Counted from the stretch's first letter, positions 9,490 through 20,295 are shown. The stretch is 64,000 bases of DNA from Deltaproteobacteria bacterium (GCA_033763315.1 JANRKS010000016.1:128001-192000); one strand, 5' to 3'. Translations and numbers: made by a program. The notes: generated from the sequence alone by a model not told the origin.

Positions 9490-11700
9490 CTACTTCTTCA
9501 TATCGGTAAGGATGTTGAGGCTTTCGTCCACCCAGGGGTCGCGCGCCAGGTTGTCACTCCACTTGGCCACGCGTGAATCTTTTTTGCCGTTGGCGGCCGC
9601 AGCCACCGGCGCGCGTTGATCGATCGGCATCACCGAGAACCGCTTGGGAGACTCATCGAGCTTGGGGCTGGCGGCGGCGATCTCAGCGCGCTGTTGCTCC
9701 CGCTGCTTCATGAAGTCGGCCTCGGCAAGGGGCACGCGCGTGTCCGCCTCGCGCGCCTTCATCAGCTGCGTGAGCTTGGTGACTTTTGCGAACACGGGAT
9801 CTTTGCTAACTCGAGCCACGCTTGCGGCCGACAGAGCGGCCGCGTTCCAACTTGACTTCCAGTCGTCGTGCTCGGCAGGCGTGATCTGCGACCATGGCAG
9901 CGCATGCTCCAGCTCGCGCTCGCCCGATTCGATGTAGCCCGCGGGATCCGGCAGCGTCACGTCGGGGCTGACGCCCCTGCTCTGGGTTGAACTGCCGTTG
10001 ACGCGAAAGAACTGCTGGATGGTCAGCTTGAAGACGCCGAGACCCAGCTGGCCGCCAGTGGCACGATCAAGGTCGATCAGCGTTTGCACCGTGCCTTTGC
10101 CGTGCGTGGCGCTTGTGCCCACGATGACGGCCCTGCGGTAATCCTGCAAAGAGCCCGCCAAGATCTCTGAAGCAGAGGCGCTGAAACGATCCACCAAAAT
10201 GATCACGGGACCGGTGAAGTCCGCTCCCGCATCGTCGTCGGTCAAAACCTGCCGCCGGCCCTTACTGTCGCGCACCTGCACAATAGGACCCTTTTCAATG
10301 AACGCCCCGCTCATCTCGATGGCAGAGCCAAGCAAACCGCCACCATTGCCGCGAACGTCTAGAATGACGCCGGCAACTTTTTTGGCGTTGAGTTCACGCA
10401 GCAAGTGGCGCACGTCGCTTGCCGAATCGCGCGCGCTGCCCTCGCCGCCATAAAAGCTGGGCAAGTGAATGTAGCCATAGGCAGGCTGCCCCTTCTTCGT
10501 GATCAGCGCGGCTTTGGCATATGCCTCTTCAACCACAACCACGTCGCGCGTGATCGCCACCGTTTCCTCTAAACCCGTTGCTTTGCGCACACGCAACGTC
10601 ACCACAGTGCCCTTCGGTCCGCGGATCATGTTGACGACTTCATCAATCCGCATGTTGACGGCGTCGACCGCGTCCTGCGTTCCCGAAGCGATGGCCAAAA
10701 TGAGATCGCCCGGATCCAGCTGGCCTTGGCGCCACGCTGCACCGCCGGGGACGAGCTCGACGATTTCGATGTAGTCGTCCTTTTCGCGCAACACAGCGCC
10801 GATGCCCTCGAGCGAGCCGCGCATCTGAATATCAAAGTTGGCCCTGTCCGCAGGTGGCAGGTAGTTGGTGTGAGGATCCACCGACGCGGCCACGGCATTC
10901 ACCAGATCCGCCGCCGCATCCACCGGGGCCGGGTGTGCGAGCCGAACGAACCGCGCAGCGTACGATTTTGCCAGGTCGGCGCGCGCTTTGGTTTCGCGCC
11001 CTTGTGGCGTCTTTGGAATCTCGGCAAGGCGAAGCGCGCCAGCCTTCTCATCATCATCACCGTTGGACTTCTCTTTGGGGCGCCCCGGGGCGCTGGCAAC
11101 GGCGGGCGTCTTTACGGTTTTGCTTGGCGCAAGACGGGCTTGCATCTGAGCCACGCGCTCAAGCACTTCCAGCTCCAACCGTCGGCGCCACCTATCTTTG
11201 AGTTCCGCCTCGTTTGCTGCGGGCGTCACCTTTTTAGGATCAAGCTCAACATCCTCTTTGTTGGTGTGATCCAGAGGAGAGGCGAGGAGCGCGGCCACCC
11301 AAGCTTCGACCATCGACACCCGCTTGATCAGAATCCGCTGGCCCTCGTGCCCCAGTTCAAGCGAGCCGGCGCGCAGCTGATCGTCGATCTTATCGGCATA
11401 TTTACCAAGCGCGTCGCGATCCGCTTTCAGCAAAAACATCTTGCCGCTGTCAAGCCGATCGAGATATGTGGCGAACGCAACCCGCGAAAGCTCATCGTCA
11501 ACGCGTTTATGGAGCAGGTGTTCCTTCTCCAGCAACTCAAGCGTCGCGCGCGCCAAGGTCGCTTCTCGAAGATCTTGCGGAACGCCGCTCTTGCGCGAAT
11601 GACCGGTGTCGGGGGCGGCTCCGTACGCGCGTGGCAGCCCGCGAAAGGCCGGTGGCAACATTGCGAGCAAGGTGCAGACAAACAGGGCTGTAAAACGCAT
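9490..11700 (-). CDS. prc: Carboxy-terminal processing protease, S41A (Prc/Tsp) with PDZ domain
   Basis: Signal peptide; DPHTNY, GIGAVL PDZ, IRGPKGTVVTL, DVRGNGGG, SASASEILAG, GKGTVQ, STQSRGVSPD and ESGERELEHALPW (long Prc type). Confidence 0.93.
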   Translation of the reverse strand: MRFTALFVCTLLAMLPPAFRGLPRAYGAAPDTGHSRKSGVPQDLREATLARATLELLEKEHLLHKRVDDELSRVAFATYLDRLDSGKMFLLKADRDALGKYADKIDDQLRAGSLELGHEGQRILIKRVSMVEAWVAALLASPLDHTNKEDVELDPKKVTPAANEAELKDRWRRRLELEVLERVAQMQARLAPSKTVKTPAVASAPGRPKEKSNGDDDEKAGALRLAEIPKTPQGRETKARADLAKSYAARFVRLAHPAPVDAAADLVNAVAASVDPHTNYLPPADRANFDIQMRGSLEGIGAVLREKDDYIEIVELVPGGAAWRQGQLDPGDLILAIASGTQDAVDAVNMRIDEVVNMIRGPKGTVVTLRVRKATGLEETVAITRDVVVVEEAYAKAALITKKGQPAYGYIHLPSFYGGEGSARDSASDVRHLLRELNAKKVAGVILDVRGNGGGLLGSAIEMSGAFIEKGPIVQVRDSKGRRQVLTDDDAGADFTGPVIILVDRFSASASEILAGSLQDYRRAVIVGTSATHGKGTVQTLIDLDRATGGQLGLGVFKLTIQQFFRVNGSSTQSRGVSPDVTLPDPAGYIESGERELEHALPWSQITPAEHDDWKSSWNAAALSAASVARVSKDPVFAKVTKLTQLMKAREADTRVPLAEADFMKQREQQRAEIAAASPKLDESPKRFSVMPIDQRAPVAAAANGKKDSRVAKWSDNLARDPWVDESLNILTDMKK

Positions 11701-11814
11701 CTTCTAGGAATCTAATGCGCCGCCGATCTTGGCGACAGGCTAGGGCTGCTTTTTCTGACCGTTTGTTGAGGCATTCCTCTCGCCACGTCGAACATGGGCC
11801 TGCGGCGGGCCTTG

Positions 11815-11860
11815 AAAAGAAGTGCGCCGGCCGCGGAAACAATCCCACGGCCAGCGCACT
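11815..11860 (-). terminator. Rho-independent terminator after the M4 protease gene
   Basis: Minus strand reads AGTGCGCtGGCCG...CGGCCgGCGCACT followed by TCTTTT, about 15 nt after the stop at 11876. Confidence 0.65.
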
Positions 11861-11875
11861 GTTCAAAGCGCGGCC

Positions 11876-14800
11876 CTACTTCACCCAGCCCACAGCCGCA
11901 TCAAACAACGCCCAGCCGTTGGTGTTGAGTTGGCTGGGCACGCCACCCGTGGGGAACAGGCCCACGCGGCGGGCGGGCGCCGTGCCCGAAACCATAGCCG
12001 CACCGGCGGTGTAGCCGTAAACCGTGGCCCGTGTGGGGGCCCCCACCAATGTGGCCACGATTTGGGCCGAGGCACTCGGTTGGCCCCACAAGAAATTGGC
12101 GCCACTTGTAACGACGCTCGGCTGCCCCGAAAGGCCCCCGGCCAAAGGATGGGTTGGCAAAGCGATGGTCACGGCCGTTTGTGAAGCGGCGCTGCCCATG
12201 CTGGTGTCCCACGTGGTGCTGGTCATTCCCAGATCATCCTGAAGCGCGGGCTCAAGGTTGATCACTGGAACTGTCACGGCTGTGAACTTCGTGTTCACCG
12301 CTCCCGACGCCACCGTTTCTGAGATGAGGACCAGCGCCTTGCCCGTGGCATCTGCCGTAACGCTCGCGTCCGCCGTCTTTGTGACCACCGTCAACGCGTG
12401 CTGGGTTTGCAGGCGCTGAACCAAAGCCGCGTCACCCGCGGAAAGCGGCACGGCGCCCACAACAACCAAAGCGGTCCCCGGCACGGGAGGGCTGGCCACC
12501 ACAACCTGCACGTCGTCGAAAGCCAAGAGCGCACCGTCATTCGCCGTCAAGCGCAGCACATAACTTCCGGGTACATCGAAGCGCACATGCGTTGTGGCCA
12601 ACGTGCTGTCGTTCTGCGGCCATTGCGGCGATTGCGGTCCGCTCACCATCGTCCACTGCAAAGCAAGCGTGCCCGGCGGGTTCGGCAACCCATCATCCGT
12701 GGCCTGCCCCACAAGCGTAAGCGTTGTGCCTGCAGTTGTGTTGTGATCAGTGCCAGCATTCACCGTGGGCGCGGCGTTCGCCGGCGGCGGGCTGGCCGTA
12801 CCCAAAGCCCAATTGATCGCGGCATCGAACAAACTCCAGCCCGCGGTGTTGAGCAGACCAGGTGTCGTGCTGTTGGCGAAAAACGCAACCCGGCGCGCAG
12901 GCGCAGTTCCGGCGGCCATAGGCACGCCAGCTTCATATGCGAAGATCGCTGCCCGCGTGGCAGAGCCCACGACGCGCGCCACAACCTTCGCATTCCCGTT
13001 AGGGACGCCCCACACCACGGTGGTTGCCGCCGAAGCGACCGAAGGTGTGCCCGTGAGCCCAGCGGCCAGGGGCGACGATGCATCCACGATTTGCACGGCC
13101 GTTTGCGAAGCCGTCGCCCCCATCACCACGTCCCAGGCGCCTGCAACAAGGCCAAGATCATCAAACAATGCAGGCTCTGTGGTAACCACCGGCACTGCCA
13201 CCGAGGTGAACTTGGTGCCTACCGAGCCGGATGACACCGATTCCGAAATGAACACCAACTGCTTTCCATTGGCATCGGATGCGGCGCTGGCGGCTCCTTG
13301 TTTCACCGTCACGGCGAAACCCAGTTGAGTTTCGAGGCGGCTGCGAAGCGCATTGTCATGGCTATCGAGCGGCTCGGCCCCCACGACCAACAAAGCGCTT
13401 TTGGCTGCGGGCGGCTTGGTGACCGTGACCGATGCTTGTGCGTCGCCTTGGTTGTTTGCGGCGTCCTTGGCACGAGCCACAATGGTATGCGATCCCGCAG
13501 GCACGCCGATTGTATCCCAAGAGTGCGTAAATGGCGGTGTCGTAATCGTGGCCACCACGGCGTCGTCGATCAGGATCTGCATCTGCGTGACGCCAACGTT
13601 GTCTGTGGCTGTGGCTTCGATGTTCACAACCCCCGTGACGGACGCGCCGTTGGACGGGCTTAACAAGGTTGTGACAGGCGCTTGCGTATCGCCACTTTGC
13701 ACCTGGAAAACAAGGTCATCCCGATCGTTGTATCCGCCTGCGGCGCAGGCTGTGGCAGCGCCCAAATAGCGAAACTGTGTGCGGATGGCTTGCGTGGCGC
13801 CGGCGCCCAGGATCACAGGAACCGTCATCGTTCGCAGCCCCGAGCCGGAAGGCGAAACAGTGCCAGCCAAAACCCACGTGGGCGCTGACGCGTCCGTTGC
13901 ATAGAACACATCCATGAAATTCGAACTCGCGCTAAAGACCCATACGGTCGCGGTGACGTTCACAACTTCGCCTGGAGCGAAAGGTTTGCCACTGGCGGTT
14001 TCGATGCGGACGCGATCCAGAGATTCGTCGCTGTGAAAGCTTCCTGAAGTGCCATCAGCACAGCTCGAAGACAACGTGTTCGGTTGATTCAGCTCAGGAC
14101 CAACATTGGCGCCGCGGCCCACCACCAAAGCGTTGGTGTCACAAAAGCTGCCGACCGTTGCGCAGCGAGGCGCCTTGAAAGTGGCGTCATACACGGCAAC
14201 GCCTGGGTTATTGACCGTGACCGTAATTGCGGCGGAGGTGCCCACGTTGCCCGCTTTGTCCCTCGCGCTGGCCGTCAACGTATGAGACCCGTTCGCCACC
14301 GGCGCCGTATTCCAATCGAACACATAAGGCGCGGCAACCAACGTTTTGGCGACCACGCCATCAACGGTGAATTTCACCTCTTCAACGGAAACGTTGTCTG
14401 TGGCGGTGATTGCAACCTGTGTGTTGCCCGCCACCGTGGCGCCATCCACCGGCGCGGTGATTTGCACCACGGGTGGCACAAGTTCATTGTTCACCACAAC
14501 GTTGACGGCCGCGCTGGTGCCCACGTTGTTCTTGGCATCGTACGCTTTCACGGTCAGAACGTGAGGGCCGTTGCCGCTTGTGCCCGTGAGCCAGCTGAGC
14601 GAAAAAGGCGCAGCCGTTGACGATGCCTTTACGGCGCCGTCCACCAACAGATCCACTTGCTTCACAGCCACGTTGTCGCTGGCCTGCACCGTAACGGTTG
14701 CCATCTCAGACAAGGTGGCACCAGCCGCGGGCGCTGTGATCGCCACGCTCGGCGCTTCAGTGTCTGCCGTAACGCCCACAAGCGACCAGGCCTTGAGAAC

Positions 14801-16390
14801 CGTTTGAGCCTCCACGCTGCTGTCGCCGTAAAGCTCCTGAGCGGCGTGATAGAAGGCCACAGACGCTTGCTCAAAGGTGGCACTGGGCGTGAGGTACGAA
14901 GTCAATGCCTTGAACCAAATCGCGGCCGCGGTGTCAGCGCCGATGCCCACAACCGATCCACCCAGGTGATGCGTGCCACCCACAGCCGTTAGATAGAAGG
15001 CATGGTTCGCAATCCCCGAATTGATGTGCACGCCGCCGTTGTCAAAAGATCCCGTATACCGTTCAGAATAATGATCGGGATCATCGTCGGCTGTAAAGCC
15101 ATCGTCGGTTGCCAAGTGCGTGTTCGCGAAATATCTGAGCGCATCGTTGTTGCCGTTGCCAGGCGTGTAACATTCTTCGCCCAACAGCCACGTGGCCGCG
15201 CTTTCGCCTTTAACGGAACGTTCGACCATCGCGCCGAACACATCCGACATTGATTCATTCAAGGCGCCGCTTTCGCCTGAATAGATGAGGCCTGCGGTGT
15301 GTTCCGTCACTCCGTGGGTCATCTCATGCCCAACGATGTCAAGGCTGACAAGCGGCGTGAACGTGCTTCCATCGCCATCGCCGTAAGTCATCTGTGTGCC
15401 ATCCCAAAAGGCGTTGTTGTAGCCACTGCTATAGTGGACGCCTGACGTCATAAGCGGCGTCACACCATCGGCACTGGTCATCGGCGCAGGGCCGCCGTTG
15501 TCGTCGATGCCGTTGCGGCCGTGCACGTCTTTGTAGTACCGCAAGGTCGAGACAGCGCCATACTGAGCGTCGACGCCCGCCCTCTGCACGGCGCTTTCCC
15601 ACACGTCATCCGAGTCCGTGAAACGCGCTTTGCTAGAGGTGCCGTTGTTGTAATTGAAGGTTCCGGCTTTCGTGGCCACGTCTTCAAGAAAGAAGCTTGA
15701 ACCGCCAGGCGCCGCATAGGTGTTCAAGGTCACATTGCCGCTGTAGAGCGAGTTACCGGTGCCGGTTTGCAAATTGTTATAGGACCACACCACGCGGCCT
15801 GCGTTTGCGTCGACAAAAACCACGGGCAAGGCGGTGTTGGCCGAGCCATCAAGGACCTTCAGCTCAATCTTCCACGTAAGATAATCGCGACCCTCATGTC
15901 GCAGGACAAACAGTTCAGCCTTAGGCGCGGCCGTCACGCAGCGAGGGCAAGGCAACGATTCCCGCGCAATGGCAACGGCGTCATCTGCCGTGAGCGAAGG
16001 CTGCGTATCCACATGAATGTCTCTCGCGGCGCCATCCGAGAGCCCCACCACTTCGCCCGACACACTTTCCATGTGAACGATGGTTTCGGCGCCGAACACC
16101 GGCACGCCGCGATGAAATTGCTTCATGCGCACATGCGTGCGTCGCTTGCCCTTATGCGTGGCACCCGGAACAAAATCCTGCGGCCGCGGCAAATTCAGCC
16201 GCGCCCCGGCCGTTTTCAGGTAGTGCGCCGCAATCAACTGCGGCGAACGCCCGCCCAAAGGGGTCGCGCTCTTGGATGGCGCAGGCTCCTCTACCCTTTG
16301 ATCTGCGCATCCGTATAGCCCAACCGAAGCTATAAGCGCCACACTCAGCAAACCACGACCCGAAACACCACGCTGACTTAATCCACGCAT
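11876..16390 (-). CDS. M4 (thermolysin-family) metalloprotease lipoprotein with FTP/PepSY propeptide, Ig-like repeats, a PKD-like domain and a duplicated C-terminal domain
   Basis: NNAFWDG, HEMTH, GALNESMSD, GGVHINSGI; lipobox LYGC; repeated P.V.ITAP..GAT...ASDNV.V Ig domains; GGAGG RBS before ATG 16390 (track start 16441). Confidence 0.93.
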   Translation of the reverse strand: MRGLSQRGVSGRGLLSVALIASVGLYGCADQRVEEPAPSKSATPLGGRSPQLIAAHYLKTAGARLNLPRPQDFVPGATHKGKRRTHVRMKQFHRGVPVFGAETIVHMESVSGEVVGLSDGAARDIHVDTQPSLTADDAVAIARESLPCPRCVTAAPKAELFVLRHEGRDYLTWKIELKVLDGSANTALPVVFVDANAGRVVWSYNNLQTGTGNSLYSGNVTLNTYAAPGGSSFFLEDVATKAGTFNYNNGTSSKARFTDSDDVWESAVQRAGVDAQYGAVSTLRYYKDVHGRNGIDDNGGPAPMTSADGVTPLMTSGVHYSSGYNNAFWDGTQMTYGDGDGSTFTPLVSLDIVGHEMTHGVTEHTAGLIYSGESGALNESMSDVFGAMVERSVKGESAATWLLGEECYTPGNGNNDALRYFANTHLATDDGFTADDDPDHYSERYTGSFDNGGVHINSGIANHAFYLTAVGGTHHLGGSVVGIGADTAAAIWFKALTSYLTPSATFEQASVAFYHAAQELYGDSSVEAQTVLKAWSLVGVTADTEAPSVAITAPAAGATLSEMATVTVQASDNVAVKQVDLLVDGAVKASSTAAPFSLSWLTGTSGNGPHVLTVKAYDAKNNVGTSAAVNVVVNNELVPPVVQITAPVDGATVAGNTQVAITATDNVSVEEVKFTVDGVVAKTLVAAPYVFDWNTAPVANGSHTLTASARDKAGNVGTSAAITVTVNNPGVAVYDATFKAPRCATVGSFCDTNALVVGRGANVGPELNQPNTLSSSCADGTSGSFHSDESLDRVRIETASGKPFAPGEVVNVTATVWVFSASSNFMDVFYATDASAPTWVLAGTVSPSGSGLRTMTVPVILGAGATQAIRTQFRYLGAATACAAGGYNDRDDLVFQVQSGDTQAPVTTLLSPSNGASVTGVVNIEATATDNVGVTQMQILIDDAVVATITTPPFTHSWDTIGVPAGSHTIVARAKDAANNQGDAQASVTVTKPPAAKSALLVVGAEPLDSHDNALRSRLETQLGFAVTVKQGAASAASDANGKQLVFISESVSSGSVGTKFTSVAVPVVTTEPALFDDLGLVAGAWDVVMGATASQTAVQIVDASSPLAAGLTGTPSVASAATTVVWGVPNGNAKVVARVVGSATRAAIFAYEAGVPMAAGTAPARRVAFFANSTTPGLLNTAGWSLFDAAINWALGTASPPPANAAPTVNAGTDHNTTAGTTLTLVGQATDDGLPNPPGTLALQWTMVSGPQSPQWPQNDSTLATTHVRFDVPGSYVLRLTANDGALLAFDDVQVVVASPPVPGTALVVVGAVPLSAGDAALVQRLQTQHALTVVTKTADASVTADATGKALVLISETVASGAVNTKFTAVTVPVINLEPALQDDLGMTSTTWDTSMGSAASQTAVTIALPTHPLAGGLSGQPSVVTSGANFLWGQPSASAQIVATLVGAPTRATVYGYTAGAAMVSGTAPARRVGLFPTGGVPSQLNTNGWALFDAAVGWVK

Positions 16391-16561
16391 AACACCAAAC
16401 CTCCGTGTAATTGACGAAGTGTTTTCGGCAACCAACCACAAAATGTTGCGGATTGTTTGCGCCCAACTGGTAGATGAGGGCGCGGCAAAGCCCGCGTCGC
16501 AGATAAATCACTGTCGGCCCACCTGAGCGCCTGGGTCGAAGAGTGGAGACTCTTGCCCTGC

Positions 16562-19500
16562 CTACGTGTTGTTCCAGCGCGCCAGGGGCAACGTGAGCCG
16601 CACCTGTGTGCCCACGGGGCCTGCGGGCGTGACGCTGAGGGCGGCGCCGATGCGGGTCGCTCGTTCACGCATGCCCACCAGCCCGAAGTGCCCTGCCGAT
16701 GCCAAAGCGGCGAGGTCGGCGGTGAACCCTCGACCATCGTCGCAGACCACAAGTTCCACGACACCTTCGGCCACTGTCAGTTCCACTCGGATCTCGTTGG
16801 CGTTTGCATGTTTGAGGGCATTCCAAACCGCTTCGCTTGCAATTTGCGAAACCTCGTACTCGACATGCGCCGAGCGCGGAAGTGGATCGCCCCATTGACT
16901 AAAAACGATCTTGGCTTTGCGTTCCGCCTTCGCGCGCAGGTTTGCAAACGTTTGCTCAAGCAGGGCCGTGAACGGCAAGCGTTCGATGACATCTTCGCGC
17001 AAGTTCCAAATGGCGTGTCGAAGGTTCGTCTTGGCTTGTGACACCGTCGCGCGCGCTTCGTCTAATGTGTGCAGTGCGGCCGAGGCATCCTGCGTTACGA
17101 GACGTCGTGCTGATTCGACTTGCAGAGCCACCGCTGTGAAACTTTGCCCCAGCAGATCGTGAAGTTCGCGCGCCACGCGCGCTCTGTCTGCCGCGATCAA
17201 CGAGAACCGCTTTCTTGTGCGCGTCAGCCGCAGACCGAGGATCGCTGCCGTCAAGGCCACCAACGAGAGGGCCAAAGCCACCAGCACGCCCGTGCGTTGC
17301 TGCCAAGGCCGCGCCACGCGAACTTTTAGCGACGCTTGATCTGCAAGCCATCCTCCCACCCCATCCGACGCACGAATCACGATGGTGTGTTCACCTTCCA
17401 TCAAATCGGCGATCTGCAGCGGCGCTTGCGGAACCATCACATTCACCCAGGGCGACTGGTCGCGCCGGTAAACCACGTGGACGCGTGAGGCAGAGACAAG
17501 ACTGGGCACTTGTAAAAGGATCTGCAGCTGGCTCGGAACCGTTGCCGCCGAAAGCACCGCAGTTGCCGGTTGCAACTTGCCATTGAGGGTTGCCGACAAC
17601 ACGCGCGGCCCGCGTGCAATGGCCGACTTCGGCAAGGGCGTCACCGCGCGCACAAGCGCGGCCCCCGAGGACGTGGCCGCCAATAGGCCACCATCCGCCG
17701 TTAAAGCCGCACTGGGAGTTCCTTCGTTGATTCCAGACGCACTGCGAAGATCGTCGAGCTCAGAAAAGCCCACCGCAGCCACGACTGGAAATGCCCCATG
17801 GGCTGCATCGATGACGGATTGTTTGCGCATCCACTGCAGTCCGTGACCGCACGTGGTCCAAAGACCTCCATGATGATCGTCAACGAGAGTGAGCAAAGAA
17901 TCGCAATAGAGGCCGCGATCGGAATTCACATTGAAGAATGGTCCCTCCTTCTCGCGCACGAACAACCCTTGATCGTTCGTGGCACCAACCCACATTCGTG
18001 TGTCATCCATGACGACGGCGCGAATGCCTTTGGTTGGCAAACCGTGGCCTCTCAAACATGTCACCTGGCCACCCGCACCGAGGCGCCCGATCCCCGTTTC
18101 CATCGCCAAGACCACCCTGCCATCCGCTGCCTCATGCCCGCTCCAAACCGCTCCTTCGCAAAGTCCATTCGATCCATTGACGACGCTTTGCACACGAAAG
18201 TCACCCGCAGCGTCTCCCTTACCGACCGGGGCTATGTGTGTCACGCGGCCGTCGCTCGTTCCCACAAGCAGGGAGTGGTCACGCAAGCGGAGCAACATCC
18301 GCACGTTCGCGGGCAGCGGTTCATTGACATTCACCTTCGCAACGGATTGCTCTGAGACATGAAAAAGAGCACCTGCGGTTGTGGCCACAAAGACGCTCTG
18401 GTCAGACGCCGCCGCAATCGCCACAGCTTGATCCTTTCTGTCTGTGAGCGGCAGTGAATGACAATCGTTGGTTTGATTTTGACGTCGACAAACACGGGCG
18501 CCGCCTGCAAACCAAAGTGCACCATCGTTGGTTGCATAAACGGCAACGCTAAGTGCGGGCAAGCCCTCGGGCTTTCCCAGATTTTCAACCAAAGGTGTGC
18601 GTACACGAGCGATCCCTCCCACCCGGGTCCCCACCCATATAGCACCCGCCTCGTCCTGCAAAAGGCTGAGCACGTGTTCGTTGGGCAAGCCTTGGGCGAC
18701 ACCATAGGTGGCCACGCGCGCACCTTGTGGATCGAAGACATAAACGCCATTTGAAGTGCCAAGCCAGAGATGTTTGTCGCGGGTTGCCAGCATGGCTCCG
18801 AGCTCGGGCCGGTCCTCGGTTTGTTGAAGATAGGCCTCACGAACTTCGCCGCTCGGTCGCACGATGTGCAGGGCACGCGTGGATGCTGCCCAAACGCCGC
18901 CATCGCTATGGGCCGCCATCCAGCGAACGTGCGGAACAGCGGCGATTCTTTCAAACTGCGTTGGTCCTTGTCGCCACACCGCTGCCGTCGTAGCCACCCA
19001 TAGGCGGCCATCTGCATTCGTCAAGGCGGTCACCGCTTCACCCTTCGGTAGCCCCTCTGCAATCCAACGCATCGCTTGGGTCTTCGTATTCAAGTGCAGC
19101 AAGCCCTGCGCGGTCGCAACGAATAAGGCGTCTCCGGCGGCAGCAAGCAGTGAGAACACCCGCACCGAGGGCGGCAGCTCGGGCGTTATGTGTTGCCATT
19201 GATCTTGTTGCTTTGGCATCCGCCACACCCCGGCGCCGTAGCGAGTTCCCAGCTGCTGCACAGGCGCTTCCTTCGTGTCGGGAGACGGATCCCAATAGCC
19301 TGGGCTCGCAAATAGCTCTCCTTGCCCGTTGCCTACAAGCAAGTGTATCCACGCCGCGCCGAACGCAGAATGAAGCGATAGATTCTGTGTTGACTTGCCA
19401 TCGAACCTCGCAAGTTCGAAAACGCCCCCGACATAGAGGAAGCCGTCACCCGGGCTGGCCAGCGACGCGCCCACGATGGGTGGACGAAAGACGTCGATCT

Positions 19501-19576
19501 TGGGCGTCGGATAGGCAATAGCCCTTGAGGGAAGGCACAGCCAAGCCACAGCCACAAGCCATGTGCCTAAACGCAT
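16562..19576 (-). CDS. Sensor histidine kinase with large periplasmic beta-propeller (Reg_prop-like) domain, one TM helix, HisKA_3 and HATPase
   Basis: Signal peptide; LWLGTSNG / GLPNEHVLSLLQD / IWVGT repeats; TM segment; RVARELHD, EAVWNALKHA, DDGRGF, HFGLVGMRERA. Confidence 0.92.
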   Translation of the reverse strand: MRLGTWLVAVAWLCLPSRAIAYPTPKIDVFRPPIVGASLASPGDGFLYVGGVFELARFDGKSTQNLSLHSAFGAAWIHLLVGNGQGELFASPGYWDPSPDTKEAPVQQLGTRYGAGVWRMPKQQDQWQHITPELPPSVRVFSLLAAAGDALFVATAQGLLHLNTKTQAMRWIAEGLPKGEAVTALTNADGRLWVATTAAVWRQGPTQFERIAAVPHVRWMAAHSDGGVWAASTRALHIVRPSGEVREAYLQQTEDRPELGAMLATRDKHLWLGTSNGVYVFDPQGARVATYGVAQGLPNEHVLSLLQDEAGAIWVGTRVGGIARVRTPLVENLGKPEGLPALSVAVYATNDGALWFAGGARVCRRQNQTNDCHSLPLTDRKDQAVAIAAASDQSVFVATTAGALFHVSEQSVAKVNVNEPLPANVRMLLRLRDHSLLVGTSDGRVTHIAPVGKGDAAGDFRVQSVVNGSNGLCEGAVWSGHEAADGRVVLAMETGIGRLGAGGQVTCLRGHGLPTKGIRAVVMDDTRMWVGATNDQGLFVREKEGPFFNVNSDRGLYCDSLLTLVDDHHGGLWTTCGHGLQWMRKQSVIDAAHGAFPVVAAVGFSELDDLRSASGINEGTPSAALTADGGLLAATSSGAALVRAVTPLPKSAIARGPRVLSATLNGKLQPATAVLSAATVPSQLQILLQVPSLVSASRVHVVYRRDQSPWVNVMVPQAPLQIADLMEGEHTIVIRASDGVGGWLADQASLKVRVARPWQQRTGVLVALALSLVALTAAILGLRLTRTRKRFSLIAADRARVARELHDLLGQSFTAVALQVESARRLVTQDASAALHTLDEARATVSQAKTNLRHAIWNLREDVIERLPFTALLEQTFANLRAKAERKAKIVFSQWGDPLPRSAHVEYEVSQIASEAVWNALKHANANEIRVELTVAEGVVELVVCDDGRGFTADLAALASAGHFGLVGMRERATRIGAALSVTPAGPVGTQVRLTLPLARWNNT

Positions 19577-19579
19577 GGG

Positions 19580-20200
19580 CTAAATAAGGTGTCTCTTCAA
19601 AGCCGTCGAGGCGGCTTCAGCGCGGTTTTTCACGCCTAATTTGAAAAGAATGCTGGCGACGTGTGTTGCCACCGTGCGTTCCGAAACGCGCATCAGCGAT
19701 GCAATGCTGCGGTTCGAGTGCCCGTCGGCCAACGCCCGAAGCACCTGTGTCTCTCGCAAAGTCAGGGACTCTCCCATGACGTGCTCCGCAAGTTTAGCGC
19801 CCACGGATGTGGGTAGGAACTTTCGACCTTGGGCAGCGGCTGCAATGGCCTCTAGAATCTGATCACCGGCTGCATCTTTTGTGACGTAGCCTAAAGCACC
19901 TGCGCGAAGCGCGCGCAGGATGTCGTCGCTTCCCTCAAGCTGGGTTAAGGCCACGCAGCGTCCCGGGGGCGATTCAAGAACGAGGGCCTGGATCACCTGA
20001 ACGCCATCGACGCGAGGCATGTTCAGATCAAGCAACACGACGTCGGGGCGCGCTTCCTTGTAAAGGCTCAGCGCCTCCACGCCGTCGCGCGCCTCTGCAC
20101 AAACTTCGATGCCCGAAGCGGTCTTGAGCAGGCTAACAATTCCGAGGCGCGCCAATAGGTTGTCGTCCACAACCAGAACTCGGATCACCGCGTCCGTCAT
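19580..20200 (-). CDS. NarL/LuxR-family response regulator
   Basis: VVDD, LLDLNMP, GYVTK receiver; LTLRETQVL...GHSNRSIA...TVATHV..ILFKLGV HTH; 3 nt gap to the kinase. Confidence 0.95.
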   Translation of the reverse strand: MTDAVIRVLVVDDNLLARLGIVSLLKTASGIEVCAEARDGVEALSLYKEARPDVVLLDLNMPRVDGVQVIQALVLESPPGRCVALTQLEGSDDILRALRAGALGYVTKDAAGDQILEAIAAAAQGRKFLPTSVGAKLAEHVMGESLTLRETQVLRALADGHSNRSIASLMRVSERTVATHVASILFKLGVKNRAEAASTALKRHLI

Positions 20201-20295
20201 GACGACGCCCTATATGAAGCGGCAATGAACCCCATCGACCAAAGATTGTGAGGCCTTTTGCCGCTTTAGGCTAGGGCCCGCGCGTGTGAGACAGA

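Noticed and set aside
10726-11715. 329-aa plus-strand ORF
   Set aside because: Antisense shadow of prc; no motifs, and expected in GC-rich coding DNA.
12398-13328. 278-aa and 192-aa plus-strand ORFs
   Set aside because: Antisense to the M4 protease; Arg/His-rich or mirror-frame composition with no domain signal.
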